A DNA stretch of 64,000 nucleotides from an uncultured Acidimicrobiaceae bacterium (GTDB lineage: Bacteria > Actinomycetota > Acidimicrobiia > Spongiisociales > UBA5794). This document shows positions 63,651-64,000 of the stretch, one piece after another. The DNA is taken from NCBI GenBank assembly GCA_964579415.1, contig CAZOGW010000002.1, forward strand, positions 14,612 to 78,611. The letters run 5' to 3'. Position 1 is the stretch's first letter, and every line of letters starts with the position of its first letter. A program made the position numbers and the translations under genes. Under the pieces are notes generated by a model. That model searched no databases, was not told the DNA's origin, and worked only from the letters and a program-made list of their open reading frames with translations.

Positions 63651-63941
63651 TTATCGGTCAGTCGGTGGCGCGGTGCTGTCTTCGATGAGGGCGCGGTCGG
63701 TGATGAGGGTGACCTGATTGGCGAGGACCTGGAGGAAGCCGCCCTCGACGTCTACCTTGGTGCGGGCGCCGTCGGCGCCGTCGACGTGGACGATGCCGGG
63801 AACGAGAGCGGCCATCACCGGCTCGTGGTCGGCCATGATGCCGATCTCGCCGTCGGGGGTGCGCGCCACCACGAAGGTGGCATCACCGGACCATGCCAGG
63901 CCGTCGGGTGAGACGATGTCGACGCGGAACTCCTTCGCCAT
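63651..63941 (-). CDS. atpC: F0F1 ATP synthase subunit epsilon
   Basis: 96 aa. VDIVSPDGLAWSGDATFVVARTPDGEIGIMADHEPVMAAL...GGFLQV is the canonical epsilon beta-sandwich. Confidence 0.85.
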   Translation of the reverse strand: MAKEFRVDIVSPDGLAWSGDATFVVARTPDGEIGIMADHEPVMAALVPGIVHVDGADGARTKVDVEGGFLQVLANQVTLITDRALIEDSTAPPTDR

Positions 63942-63943
63942 CA

Positions 63944-64000
63944 GGCGGCGGCACCTTCCTTGGCCATCTCTCCGGCCTTGCGCTCGACGTCTTCGGCGCC
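63944..64000 (-). CDS. atpD: 3' end (C-terminus) of ATP synthase subunit beta, truncated by the window edge
   Basis: The reverse-complement frame reads ...GAEDVERKAGEMAKEGAAA-stop immediately upstream of atpC, the usual atpD-atpC order. Only 19 codons are visible. Confidence 0.5.

Overview
High-GC actinobacterial-type chromosome segment of 64 kb. About 8.8-60 kb is one long cell-envelope glycopolymer biosynthesis and export locus; outside it sit housekeeping genes: an ECF sigma/anti-sigma pair, DUF3048, an amidase, korAB and the atpC/atpD end of the ATP synthase operon. The locus combines three modules. First, a phosphonate core read directly from sequence: a cytidylyltransferase-PEP mutase fusion (PntC-Ppm), phosphonopyruvate decarboxylase and an Fe-dependent alcohol dehydrogenase, which predicts 2-hydroxyethylphosphonate (HEP). 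Second, a nonulosonic (sialic/Kdn-like) acid module: short NeuB, a NeuA-HAD phosphatase fusion, a TagF-like protein with a C-terminal sialyltransferase motif-L-like segment, and a DUF115/Maf-like protein. Third, a teichoic-acid/capsule-like phosphodiester polymer system: two TagF-like domains, two Stealth hexose-1-phosphotransferase domains and a TagGH-like ABC exporter. It also carries a PAPS-type sulfotransferase, a LicD-family transferase, GT2/GT4/GT8 and giant coiled-coil multidomain glycosyltransferases, a WbaP-like priming transferase, rmlACD (no rmlB), sugar O-methyltransferases, a UDP-sugar dehydrogenase and an LtaS/sulfatase-like membrane enzyme. Four Sec-signal-bearing proteins (two CE4 deacetylases, an M15 peptidase-FG-GAP protein and a stand-alone protein) carry RTX beta-roll repeats with a conserved Cys-containing N-cap and C-terminal Cys-x-Cys cap. 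Two SpoIID paralogs carry Cys-framed LysM-like repeats, one as four near-identical nucleotide tandem copies. Unusual non-coding structure: short 7-mer tandem arrays of (GTACTTG)n and two variants, one pair forming inverted repeats that bracket a small methyltransferase gene and one forming a perfect 27-bp-stem palindrome. There is also a ~280-bp hairpin-rich direct repeat upstream of atpC, and a duplicated remnant of the UDP-sugar dehydrogenase 5' end. Many six-frame ORFs in this GC-rich DNA are shadow frames and were rejected.
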